A stretch of 52,746 nt of DNA from Gemmatimonadota bacterium (GTDB lineage: Bacteria; Desulfobacterota; Deferrimicrobia; Deferrimicrobiales; Deferrimicrobiaceae), in NCBI GenBank assembly GCA_050257455.1, contig JBLMWX010000036.1, forward strand, positions 1 to 52,746. Direction: 5' to 3'. This document shows positions 36,883 through 45,545 of the stretch, one piece after another. The notes under the pieces are model-generated. The model searched no databases, was not told where the DNA came from, and was given only the letters and a program-made list of their open reading frames with translations. How positions within the stretch are numbered: the first letter of the stretch is position 1; each line of letters begins with the position of its first letter. The position numbers and the translations under genes are program-made.

Positions 36883-38021
36883 TCGGGTTCGACCTGACGC
36901 AGGAGCAGATCGCGCTCCAGGACATGGCGCACAAGTTCGCCGCCAACGAGATCCGGCCCAGGGCCGCGGAATGCGACCGCACGGGGGAATTCCCGGCGGA
37001 TCTCTTCGCCAAGGCGTTCGAGCTCGGCCTCATGACCGGCTTCATCCCGGAGGCCCACGGCGGCCTCGGGCTCTCCGCGCTCGACGCCTGCCTCATCGAG
37101 GAGGAACTCGGCTGGGGATGCTCCGGGATCGCGACGTCGATGACCGCGAACGGCCTGGCGCTCACCCCCATCCTGATCGGGGGGACCGAGGAGCAGAAGA
37201 AGGCGTTCGTCGCGCCGTTCGCGGAGACGCTCCGGTACGCGTCCTTCTGCCTCACCGAGCCCGGCGCGGGGTCGGACGCGGGCGGCGTCGCGACCACCGC
37301 GAAGCGGGACGGTGCGGACTACGTCATTTCCGGCCGGAAGTGCTTCATCACGAACGGGAGCCACGCGTCGCAGTACACCGTGTTCGCCTCCACGGACCGG
37401 TCCAAGGGGCACAAGGGGTTGTCGGTCTTCGTCGTGCCCCGGTCCGCGCCCGGGGTGTCCCCGGGGAAGAAGGAGGACAAGATGGGCCAGAGGGCCTCGG
37501 ACACGTCCGACGTGCTGTTCGAGGACGTCCGGGTGCCGGCCGCCAGCCGGATCGGGTCCGAGGGCGACGGCTTCAAGATCGCGATGAAGACGCTCGACTA
37601 CGCCCGTCCCACGGTCGCGGCGATGGCCGTCGGCGTCGCGCGCGCCGCCTTCGAGCTGGCGATGCAGTACGCGAAGGAGAGGGTCCAGTTCGGCGTCCCC
37701 ATCGCGATGAACCAGGCGATCCACTTCATGCTCGCCGACATGGCGATGGACATCGAGGCCGCGCGGCTGCTCACGTACAAGGGGGCGTGGCTCCTCGACC
37801 AGGGGAAGCGGAGCACGAAGGAGTCGTCCTTCGCGAAGGCTTTCGCCGCCGACCTCGCGATGCGGGTCACGACCGACGCTGTCCAGGTCTACGGCGGCTA
37901 CGGGTACATGAAGGACTACCCGGTCGAGAAGCTGATGCGGGACGCCAAGCTGCTCCAGATCTACGAGGGCACGAGCCAGATCCAGAGGATGGTCATCGCC
38001 AAGGAGATCATGATGCGGTGA
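36879..38021 (+). CDS. Acyl-CoA dehydrogenase (short/medium-chain type)
   Basis: 380 aa; an ATGA overlap joins it to the TetR stop. Motifs CLTEPGAGSDAGG and the catalytic Glu context YEGTSQIQRMVIA are present. Confidence 0.9.
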   Translation: MIGFDLTQEQIALQDMAHKFAANEIRPRAAECDRTGEFPADLFAKAFELGLMTGFIPEAHGGLGLSALDACLIEEELGWGCSGIATSMTANGLALTPILIGGTEEQKKAFVAPFAETLRYASFCLTEPGAGSDAGGVATTAKRDGADYVISGRKCFITNGSHASQYTVFASTDRSKGHKGLSVFVVPRSAPGVSPGKKEDKMGQRASDTSDVLFEDVRVPAASRIGSEGDGFKIAMKTLDYARPTVAAMAVGVARAAFELAMQYAKERVQFGVPIAMNQAIHFMLADMAMDIEAARLLTYKGAWLLDQGKRSTKESSFAKAFAADLAMRVTTDAVQVYGGYGYMKDYPVEKLMRDAKLLQIYEGTSQIQRMVIAKEIMMR

Positions 38022-38034
38022 GGGCTGCGCGGGT

Positions 38035-39663
38035 TCACGCGTCGCGCCGCGCCTGCGCGAGGAGCGCCTCGGCGCCAGCCGTGATCTCCTCCCGGAATGG
38101 CAGGTCCTTGAGCAGTCCCGCGGGGATCGCCGACGCGCCGAGGTAGGCGCCGCAGAGCCCCCCGGCGATCGCCGCGGTCGCCTCGGCGTCGTTTCCCATG
38201 TTGACCGCCGCGAGGACCGCCGCCCCGAAATCGTCGGGGTGGCGCAGGAAGCAGGCCCATCCGAACGGAAGGCCCTCGACGACCGACGGCCCGTTGCCGA
38301 GCGCCTCGCGCACCTCCTCGATCTCGGCGCGGCGCAGGAGGAGAGCGGTCAGCTCGGTGCCGAGCTTCCTCCACAGGGTGGCGTGGATCCGTCCCGATCG
38401 TCCCCGCGACGCGCGGTCGGGCTCGATCCCGGAGATCGCGGGCGACAGCCCCCGCGTGAACCCCAGGACGTCGAGCGCTCCCGGGGGCGTGTGGAGGATG
38501 CGGGCGACGGCGGCCGCCTGGGCGACGGCCCCGGCGATCGACGCGGCGTTCGGGTGCGTGATCGAGGCGTCGATCCCCGCTTCCAGCTTCATCCGCCGGA
38601 AATCCGCCGCCCCGCGGAGCGCGATGGGGGGAACGCGCGCCGCCGGGCCGCTCTCGGGGGCGGCCACGCCGGCCTCGAACCACGGGAACCCGCGCTCGGC
38701 GAGGTTCCGCGCGAACTCCGATCCCGGCGCCGCGGGTGTCCGCCCGGCGGCGCCGGCGTACGCGAGGGCGAGCTTTTCCGGGTCGAGCCGTCCCTCCGTG
38801 AGCAGGTGTCGGGCGAGCAGGAGCGCGGCGGGGGCCGTGGCCGGGCGACGCGGCCCCTCGCGGGCCGCGCGCCGTGCCGGATCGTATCCGTCGATGCGCC
38901 CGTACAGTTCCTGGACGTCGCGCGGGCTCAGCCCCTGCGCCGGCCTGCCGAGCATCCCTCCCGCGGCGGCGCCGAGCAGGGCCCCCCGGAAACGGTCCTT
39001 GTAGTCGATCCCCTGGGAGAACGACTGCGGGACCCCTTCCCCCTTCGACATGTAGGCGGGCACCTTTCCCCGCCGGACCAGGAACTGGTAGATGGCCTCG
39101 GGTTCCTTCTCGAACAGGAGCGGCTGGTCGGCCTCGCGGCGCGCCTGCTCGTGGACCTTCCGCTCGGCCATGCCCGCGAGGGCCTTGAGCGTGTCCCAGA
39201 AATCCTCGTTGCCCTGGAGCGGGATCTTCGGAAGCAGCTTGAGAAGGCTCGCGACGATCTCGTCGCGGTCGTCGATCGCGAGGGGGGCGGCAGGGGTCTC
39301 TCCGGGCGGTGGCGCCGCCGCGCCCCGGGAGTCATTCGGCTCCTGCTTCGGCCCATTGTCCCCGGAACGCGCTCCGTCCTCCGCCGTGGCCGCCGCCGCC
39401 GGGCCGGCGCCCCGCGGGTAGGCGCACCCGTGGTATTCCATGATCTTCTGCGTCTGGGCGGCGGAAAACCGCATGGACTGCAGGATCGCGAGGAGAGTCT
39501 CGGTCCGCGGGATTCTCCCCGTGTAGACGACTTGTCTCAGAAGCTCGTAGCTCAGCCCGAGGTTTTCGCGGTCCGCGTGGAACTTCCTGAGGGAGGCGTA
39601 GCCGAGGGTTTCAAGCCGCTTCCTCAGAACCTTCGAAAGGAGAGTTCGTCCATCGTCTGCCAT
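38035..39663 (-). CDS. HTH-domain protein fused to an ADP-ribosylglycohydrolase (ARH/DraG)-family domain with degenerate metal-site motifs
   Basis: 542 aa. The N-terminal ~85 aa are HTH-like (LRKRLETLGYASLRKFHADRENLGLSYELLRQVVYTGRIP), followed by an Ala/Pro/Gly-rich linker. ARH motifs present: RFRGALLGAAAGGMLG, SITHPNAASIAGAVAQAAA and AVNMGNDAEATAAIAGGLCGAYLGASAIP. Confidence 0.7.
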   Translation of the reverse strand: MADDGRTLLSKVLRKRLETLGYASLRKFHADRENLGLSYELLRQVVYTGRIPRTETLLAILQSMRFSAAQTQKIMEYHGCAYPRGAGPAAAATAEDGARSGDNGPKQEPNDSRGAAAPPPGETPAAPLAIDDRDEIVASLLKLLPKIPLQGNEDFWDTLKALAGMAERKVHEQARREADQPLLFEKEPEAIYQFLVRRGKVPAYMSKGEGVPQSFSQGIDYKDRFRGALLGAAAGGMLGRPAQGLSPRDVQELYGRIDGYDPARRAAREGPRRPATAPAALLLARHLLTEGRLDPEKLALAYAGAAGRTPAAPGSEFARNLAERGFPWFEAGVAAPESGPAARVPPIALRGAADFRRMKLEAGIDASITHPNAASIAGAVAQAAAVARILHTPPGALDVLGFTRGLSPAISGIEPDRASRGRSGRIHATLWRKLGTELTALLLRRAEIEEVREALGNGPSVVEGLPFGWACFLRHPDDFGAAVLAAVNMGNDAEATAAIAGGLCGAYLGASAIPAGLLKDLPFREEITAGAEALLAQARRDA

Positions 39664-39703
39664 CGGTTCATCCCCCTCCCGGGAGTGCGTTGATTCTTCA
39701 TAG

Positions 39704-39723
39704 TTTACAAATCTTATTGTAAT
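39704..39723. promoter_or_regulatory. Operator-like palindrome 1 (TTTACAA-N6-TTGTAAT), overlapping the -10 box
   Basis: Read directly from the sequence. 6 of 7 arm positions are complementary. Confidence 0.5.
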
Positions 39724-39743
39724 AAAACAATTATCTTAGTCAA
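39716..39743 (-). promoter_or_regulatory. Near-consensus sigma70 promoter for the HTH-ARH gene
   Basis: On the minus strand: TTGACT (39743-39738), a 16-nt spacer, then TACAAT (39721-39716). It lies about 50 nt upstream of the ATG at 39663, in a strikingly AT-rich block. Confidence 0.5.
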
Positions 39744-39764
39744 TGTTAACACTCAAATAGTACA

Positions 39765-39784
39765 ATTACAATAACTTTTGTAAT
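39765..39784. promoter_or_regulatory. Operator-like palindrome 2 (ATTACAA-N6-TTGTAAT), upstream of the -35 box
   Basis: The 7-nt arms are perfectly complementary, with the same half-site as palindrome 1. The two centres are 61 bp apart. Confidence 0.5.
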
Positions 39785-39803
39785 CTTGGATGGGCGGTGC
39801 GGT

Positions 39804-41822
39804 CTACAGCGATTCGGCGACGATTTCGGCGATGTCGCGAGCCTGGACGGCGTCGTCGAGATTGTGGAACTTGACGGCGTCGTCGAACATCACGAGGCAA
39901 TACGGACAGGCCGACCCCGTTGCGTTGGCTCCCGTCCTCATCAGCTGGTCGAAGCGGATGTGGTTGATCCGTTTCCCGGGGAGCTCGAGCCACATCCCGC
40001 CGCCGCCGGCGCCGCAGCAGAAACCGGTCTCGCGGGTTTTTGCCGGCTCGTTGACCGTGAGCCCCGGCACCGCGGCGAGGACCTCGCGGGGCGCGTCGTA
40101 GATGTCGTTGTGCCGCCCCAGGTAGCAGGAGTCGTGGAACGCCACGAGACGGTTGATCGGCCGCTTCGGGACGAGCGCCCCCCGCGCGATCAGGTCGCGC
40201 AGCAGGACCGAGTGGTGGACCACGTCGACGTTGACGCCGAACTGGGGGTATTCGTTCCGGAACGTGTTGAAGCAGTGCGGACACTGCGTGATGACCTTCC
40301 GCACGTTGTAGGTGGCGAAGAGTTCCCGGACCATCTCGACCATCCCGAGCTGGAAGAGCCCTTCCTCGCCCAGGCGGCGCGCGGATTCCCCGCAGCACGT
40401 CTCCTCGAGGCCCAGGGTCGCGAAGCTCACTCCGGCGCGGGAAAGCAGGGACGCGAGCGTGCGGGTGACCTTCTGGTTGCGCGGGTCGTATGCCCCGGCG
40501 CACCCGACCCACCACAGGTATTCGAAATCCTTCTTGTCCGCGGCGAACGGGATGTCGAGCCCCCTCGTCCACTGGATGCGGTCGTCCTGCGGGAGGCCCC
40601 AGGGGTTGCCCGTGTCGCCCATCTTCTTCAGCGCCGTGCGCGCCGTGTCCGGGATCCGGGAGCCCGCGACGTAGCCGCGCCGGATGTCGACGATCATGTC
40701 GATGTGCTCGATCAGGACGGGGCACGCCTGCATGCAGGCCCGGCACGTGGTGCACGACCAGATCTCGTCCGGCGAGAGGACCTCGAACGCGAATTTCGTG
40801 TCCACGGGCCGCCCGGTCTTCTTGTCGAGGACCGCGGCCGAGGGGACGAGGCTCCAGTAGGTGTCGCGGCTCATGCGGTCCCGCGTCTTGAGGACGACGT
40901 CCCGCGGGGACAGGGGCATCTCGGCGGCGAACGCCGGGCACTCGTCCTGGCACCGGCCGCACTTCGTGCAGGCGTCCGCCGAGAGGAGCTGCTTCCAGGA
41001 GAAATCGAACACGTCCGATGCGCCGATCGTCTCCTCCTCCTCGATGTCCGGCACCGCCTGGAGGGCGCCCTTGGGGCGCGACGAGCGGAGGAACACGTTG
41101 ACCGTCCCGGCGCCCATGTGGAACATCTTCGACAGCGGGATCGAGGCGAGGAAGCCGAAGGCGAGGAGCATGTGGGTCCACCAGAGCGACCGGTGCAGCG
41201 CGAGGAGGTCTGCGACGTCCCGCCCGCCGAAGAGGGGGGCGATCGCGTTGCTGACGTACGAGACCGGGGCGGCCTTCGGATGGGTCGCCGCCAGCCGCAC
41301 GGCCTCGATGAGAAAGCCGGTCGTCGCGATCGCGCCGATGAGCAGGAGCTGGAGAAAGTCGTCGCCGTCGCGCGTCAGTCCGCGGGGCCGGAACACGTAA
41401 CGCCGGACGAACGCGACGAGGACGCCGGCCAGGAGGACGAGGCCGAACGTGTCGGCGAAGAGCTTGAAGACGATGTAGAAGTTTCCGTCCAGGATCCGGA
41501 CCCCGAGGTCGTACTCGACGGCCACGAGGCAGGTCACGATGAACAGGACGATGAAGGCGGAGTAGATCGCGAGGTGCATCAGGCCCCCGACCTTCCTCTC
41601 GAGGACCTTGCGCTGGGCGATCGCGATCCGCAACGCGTCGAGCGTGCGCTCCCACGGGTTGTCGAGGCGGTCCTCCCGCTCGGCGCGGCCCCTGCGGTAC
41701 GTGCGGACCCGCTCGAAGAGCGCCCACGCGGCGACGAAGACCACCACGGCGAACAGCCCGTACATGACCGCGGCCGCCCACGGGGGGAGGTTCCACATGA
41801 TTTCCCTGCCGATCGTCTTCAT
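39804..41822 (-). CDS. Membrane-anchored iron-sulfur oxidoreductase with two CCG (HdrD/DsrK-like) domains
   Basis: 672 aa with about 5-6 N-terminal TM helices. Two ferredoxin motifs (CTKCGRCQDECP, CTTCRACMQACP) and two CCG motifs (ETCCGES, GFCCGAGGG) are present. Confidence 0.85.
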   Translation of the reverse strand: MKTIGREIMWNLPPWAAAVMYGLFAVVVFVAAWALFERVRTYRRGRAEREDRLDNPWERTLDALRIAIAQRKVLERKVGGLMHLAIYSAFIVLFIVTCLVAVEYDLGVRILDGNFYIVFKLFADTFGLVLLAGVLVAFVRRYVFRPRGLTRDGDDFLQLLLIGAIATTGFLIEAVRLAATHPKAAPVSYVSNAIAPLFGGRDVADLLALHRSLWWTHMLLAFGFLASIPLSKMFHMGAGTVNVFLRSSRPKGALQAVPDIEEEETIGASDVFDFSWKQLLSADACTKCGRCQDECPAFAAEMPLSPRDVVLKTRDRMSRDTYWSLVPSAAVLDKKTGRPVDTKFAFEVLSPDEIWSCTTCRACMQACPVLIEHIDMIVDIRRGYVAGSRIPDTARTALKKMGDTGNPWGLPQDDRIQWTRGLDIPFAADKKDFEYLWWVGCAGAYDPRNQKVTRTLASLLSRAGVSFATLGLEETCCGESARRLGEEGLFQLGMVEMVRELFATYNVRKVITQCPHCFNTFRNEYPQFGVNVDVVHHSVLLRDLIARGALVPKRPINRLVAFHDSCYLGRHNDIYDAPREVLAAVPGLTVNEPAKTRETGFCCGAGGGGMWLELPGKRINHIRFDQLMRTGANATGSACPYCLVMFDDAVKFHNLDDAVQARDIAEIVAESL

Positions 41823-42000
41823 GGCGGGCTCCTTCCGGGGTGTCGGCCGATATTTCTATCAGACCGCCCGGGGCCGCTCAAGTCAATTCTTCCGCCCCGC
41901 CCCGCACTTGCCGGTACCCGGATCGCCGGCTTTCGGCTTATACTGGCTGCGTCCGCGGCCGGCAGGGCGCGACGCGGCGGACCCCCGGGAGGCGGAAGCG

Positions 42001-42765
42001 ATGCCGGAAATCACCGTCCACGGCTGCAACGTGCATTTCCAGGACACGGTCAAGTCGATGCCCCGGACCATCGTGTACGTTCACGGCGCGGGGGCGTCCC
42101 ACCGCATCTGGCGGGACCAGTGGGCGGGGCTGAAAGGGACGGCGCGGCTCGTCATCCCGGACCTGCCGGGCCACGCGGAGTCGTCGGGGACGGCGCGCGA
42201 GTCCGTCCCGGAGTACGCCGCCTGGCTGGCCGGCTTCCTCGGCGAGGTGGGGCTCGGGCATTTCGTCCTCGCGGGCCACTCGATGGGGGGCGCCATCGCC
42301 CTCGCCGCCGCGCTGTCCGGGATCCGGGGACTCGACGCGCTCATCCTGGCCGGCACGGGCGCGAAGCTCCGCGTGAGCCCGGCCATTTTCGACGGGTTCG
42401 CGAACCGGTTCCCGGAGTTCGCGCCGGAGTTCGTCGACCTGCTGCTGGCCCGGGACGCGGTCTCCGACCTGCGGGAGGAGCTCACGGCGGACGTCCGGTC
42501 GACGCGCCCGCAGGTCTTCCTGGCCGATTTCCGCGCTTGCGACGCGTTCGACGTGCTGGACAGGGTCGGGTCGATCCGCGTCCCCACCCTCATCGTCAAC
42601 GGCGACGACGACAGGCTGACCCCGCTCAAGTACGGGCAATTCCTGGCCACGGCCATCCCGGGCGCGGTTCTCAAGATCATGCACGGCGCGGGGCACGTCG
42701 CGATGCTCGAGAAGCCGACCGAGGTCAACAACGTCGTCAGGTCGTTCATCCAATCCCTGGGGTAG
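42001..42765 (+). CDS. Alpha/beta-fold hydrolase
   Basis: 254 aa starting MPEITVHG within a longer track ORF. The nucleophile elbow is GHSMGG, with a C-terminal HGAGH. Confidence 0.8.
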   Translation: MPEITVHGCNVHFQDTVKSMPRTIVYVHGAGASHRIWRDQWAGLKGTARLVIPDLPGHAESSGTARESVPEYAAWLAGFLGEVGLGHFVLAGHSMGGAIALAAALSGIRGLDALILAGTGAKLRVSPAIFDGFANRFPEFAPEFVDLLLARDAVSDLREELTADVRSTRPQVFLADFRACDAFDVLDRVGSIRVPTLIVNGDDDRLTPLKYGQFLATAIPGAVLKIMHGAGHVAMLEKPTEVNNVVRSFIQSLG

Positions 42766-42817
42766 CGGAACAGTCCAGGAACGTCCCCGGACTGTTCCCC
42801 CATGATAAACTGGCGGA

Positions 42818-44212
42818 ATGGACGGGCGGGCACTCGCCGCGCTCCGGGACATCTTCGGGGCGCGGCTCGCGACATCCTTCGAGCAGCGGGTCTGCTATTC
42901 GTACGACGCCACGGGCAAGGTGTTCCTTCCCGACGCGGTCGCCTTCCCGTCGGACGCCGACGAGGTCCGACGGACCGTCCTTCTCGCCAACGACCTGCGG
43001 TTTCCCGTCGTCCCGCGCGGCGCGGGATCCGGGTTCTCGGGAGGATCCCTCCCGGTCCGGGGAGGAATCGTCCTTTCCACGGAGAGGATGGACCGGATCC
43101 TCGCGATCGACACGGCGAATCTCGTCGCGGTCGTCGAGCCGGGCGTGGTGACCGGGACCCTCAAGGAGGAGGCGCGCAGGAAGGGTCTCTTCTACCCCCC
43201 CGACCCGGCATCGCTCAAGTTCTGCACGATCGGCGGCAACCTCGCGGAGTGCGCCGGCGGGATGTGCGCCGTCAAGTACGGCGTGACGCGCGACTACGTG
43301 CTGGGCCTCGAGGCGGTCCTCGGGACGGGGGAACTCGTGAGGACGGGCGTCCAGACCGCCAAGGGGGTCGTGGGGTACGATCTCACCCGGATGCTCGTCG
43401 GGTCGGAGGGGACCCTCGGGATCATCACGAAGGCGACGCTTCGTCTCATCCCCCACCCGGAGGCGGCGGCGACGCTCCTCGCGTACTTCCGCACCGCGGA
43501 GGACGGCTCGCGGGCCGTGGCGAGCATCGTGGCGGCGCGGATCACGCCGAGCGCCCTCGAGCTGATGGACCGCACGGCCCTCGACTGCGTGCGCGACGCG
43601 GCGCCGGGGCTCGACGTGCCGGCAGAGTCCGGCTGCGCCCTTCTCGTCGAGGTGGACGGTCCCCCGGCGTCCGTCGCCGCGGAGGCCGACCGCGTGGAGG
43701 CCGAGTGCCGGCGGCTCGGGGCGATGTCCGTCGGCCGCGCCGCCGACGCGCAGGGACGGGAGACGCTCTGGACGCTTCGCCGTTCGATCTCGCCGTCGCT
43801 GCGCAAGGTCAACCCGGTGAAGATCAACGAGGACATCGTCGTCCCGAGGAGCCGCCTCCCCGAGATGTACGCGTTTCTCGCGGACCTCGCCTCCCGGACG
43901 GGGCTCAGGATCGTGACCTTCGGGCACGCCGGGGACGGCAACATCCACGTCAACCTGATGCTCTCCGGCACGGACGCGGACGAGAGCCGCCGGGCGGACG
44001 GCGCTGTCGCCGAGGTCTTCCGGAAGACGGTGGCCGTCGGGGGGACCATCTCCGGCGAGCACGGCGTGGGGATCGCGAAGGCCCCGTTCCTCGAGATGGA
44101 GGTCGGCCCGCTGGGGGTCTCGGTCATGAAGCGGCTGAAAGGCTGCTTCGACCCCAACGGGATCCTCAACCCGGGCAAGATCTTCGTCGAGGAGACGGCG
44201 GTGGCCCCGTGA
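42818..44212 (+). CDS. FAD-binding oxidoreductase, GlcD / D-lactate dehydrogenase-like
   Basis: 464 aa with an FAD-binding PCMH domain (VVPRGAGSGFSGGSLP) and a C-terminal GEHGVG motif. Confidence 0.85.
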   Translation: MDGRALAALRDIFGARLATSFEQRVCYSYDATGKVFLPDAVAFPSDADEVRRTVLLANDLRFPVVPRGAGSGFSGGSLPVRGGIVLSTERMDRILAIDTANLVAVVEPGVVTGTLKEEARRKGLFYPPDPASLKFCTIGGNLAECAGGMCAVKYGVTRDYVLGLEAVLGTGELVRTGVQTAKGVVGYDLTRMLVGSEGTLGIITKATLRLIPHPEAAATLLAYFRTAEDGSRAVASIVAARITPSALELMDRTALDCVRDAAPGLDVPAESGCALLVEVDGPPASVAAEADRVEAECRRLGAMSVGRAADAQGRETLWTLRRSISPSLRKVNPVKINEDIVVPRSRLPEMYAFLADLASRTGLRIVTFGHAGDGNIHVNLMLSGTDADESRRADGAVAEVFRKTVAVGGTISGEHGVGIAKAPFLEMEVGPLGVSVMKRLKGCFDPNGILNPGKIFVEETAVAP

Positions 44213-45477
44213 AGGACGACGCGCTCCGGGCGCTTTCGGCGGCGTGCGCCAAGTGCGGCACCTGCCGCACGGTCTGCACCCTGTACCCGGAACGCAAGGC
44301 CGAGATTGCCGTGGCCCGCGGCAAGATCGCCCTCGTGGAGGCGGCTCTCGACGGCCGCGACGTCGGCGCCGCCGGCGTGCAGGAGGCGCTCGCGGACTGC
44401 CTGCTGTGCGGGCGCTGCGAGCGGGCCTGCCCGAACCAGGTGCTCGTCGAGGAGATCGTGATGAAGGGGCGGGCCGATCTCGCCGACGCGCTCGGCATGC
44501 CCGCGTGGAAGCGGATCGTCCTCGGCACGGTCCTTCCGTCCCGGGGCGCGAAGCGGGGTCTCCGCGGCGCGGCCGCCGTCGGGCAGAGACTGCTGCCGCG
44601 CCGGGTTCCCACGGCGAGCGGACTCCACTACCGGTTCCCCGACGCGTTCGGGCTCGACGGGCGGACGATTCCGGAGATCCCCCCGAAGAGCTTCACGGAG
44701 ACGCTGGAGGCAGGGGAGGCCGCCCGGGGCGACGTCATGCTCTTCGTCGGGTGCGTGTTCGACCACCTCCTGCCGCAGGTCGGGCGCGCCGCCTACGAGA
44801 CCCTGAAGGTCTCCGGAAGCGGGATCGCGGTCTTCCGGGGCGCCGCCTGCTGCGGTCTCCCCGCCATGGCGTCCGGCGACCGGGCGTCGGCGCTTCGCTG
44901 CGTCGAGGAAAACGTCCGCGCCTTGCGCGCCGCCGATCCGCGCCGGATCGTCTTCCCGTGCGGGTCGTGCCTCCTCATGTTCAAGAGGAACATGTTCGCC
45001 CTGCTCCCGGAGGCGCATCCGCTCCGCGGGGACGCGGTCGCGGTCTCGGACCGGTGCGTCGACTACGCCTCGTTCATCCTCGAATCCGGCGTTGTTTCCC
45101 GCCTTCCGGACGCGCCGAAAGGCGCGAAGGCGGGCGAGATCGGCTACCACGACCCGTGCCATCTCTCGGGGACGCTGGGAAGGGGGAAGGAGGCCCGGGA
45201 GGTTCTCGGGAAGGCGGTCGGCCCGGCGTTCGCGGAGATGGCGGGGGCCGACCTGTGCTGCGGCTACGGCGGCACGTTCAACATCCGCGACTACCCGACC
45301 TCCGCCCGCATCGGCGAGAACAAGGTGTCCCGCGCCGCGCGCGGGGGCACGAAAGTCATCGCCACCGCCTGCTCGGGGTGCATCCTCCAGATGCGCGACA
45401 TGGCCGCGCGGACGGCCCCGGACCTGCGGGTCGTCCACGTCGCCGAGCTGGTTTTTCAAGCCGTTTCCGGTCGTTGA
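44209..45477 (+). CDS. (Fe-S)-binding CCG-domain protein, GlcF-like partner of the FAD subunit
   Basis: A GTGA overlap joins it to the upstream stop. Motifs CAKCGTCRTVC, CLLCGRCERACP, ACCGLP and LCCGYGG are present. Confidence 0.85.
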   Translation: MKDDALRALSAACAKCGTCRTVCTLYPERKAEIAVARGKIALVEAALDGRDVGAAGVQEALADCLLCGRCERACPNQVLVEEIVMKGRADLADALGMPAWKRIVLGTVLPSRGAKRGLRGAAAVGQRLLPRRVPTASGLHYRFPDAFGLDGRTIPEIPPKSFTETLEAGEAARGDVMLFVGCVFDHLLPQVGRAAYETLKVSGSGIAVFRGAACCGLPAMASGDRASALRCVEENVRALRAADPRRIVFPCGSCLLMFKRNMFALLPEAHPLRGDAVAVSDRCVDYASFILESGVVSRLPDAPKGAKAGEIGYHDPCHLSGTLGRGKEAREVLGKAVGPAFAEMAGADLCCGYGGTFNIRDYPTSARIGENKVSRAARGGTKVIATACSGCILQMRDMAARTAPDLRVVHVAELVFQAVSGR

Positions 45478-45545
45478 CATCCCGCCGACCGGGATGATAT
45501 GAATTGCCGTTACGCTCCGCAGACCGCCCGCGCCAGGAGGGAAGG

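Noticed and set aside
39786-43151. A 1121-aa plus-strand ORF across the Fe-S oxidoreductase, hydrolase and glcD region.
   Set aside because: - It is Arg/Gly/Pro/Asp-rich with no motifs.
- It runs antisense to a gene with clear ferredoxin and CCG motifs, and out of frame with the hydrolase and GlcD genes.
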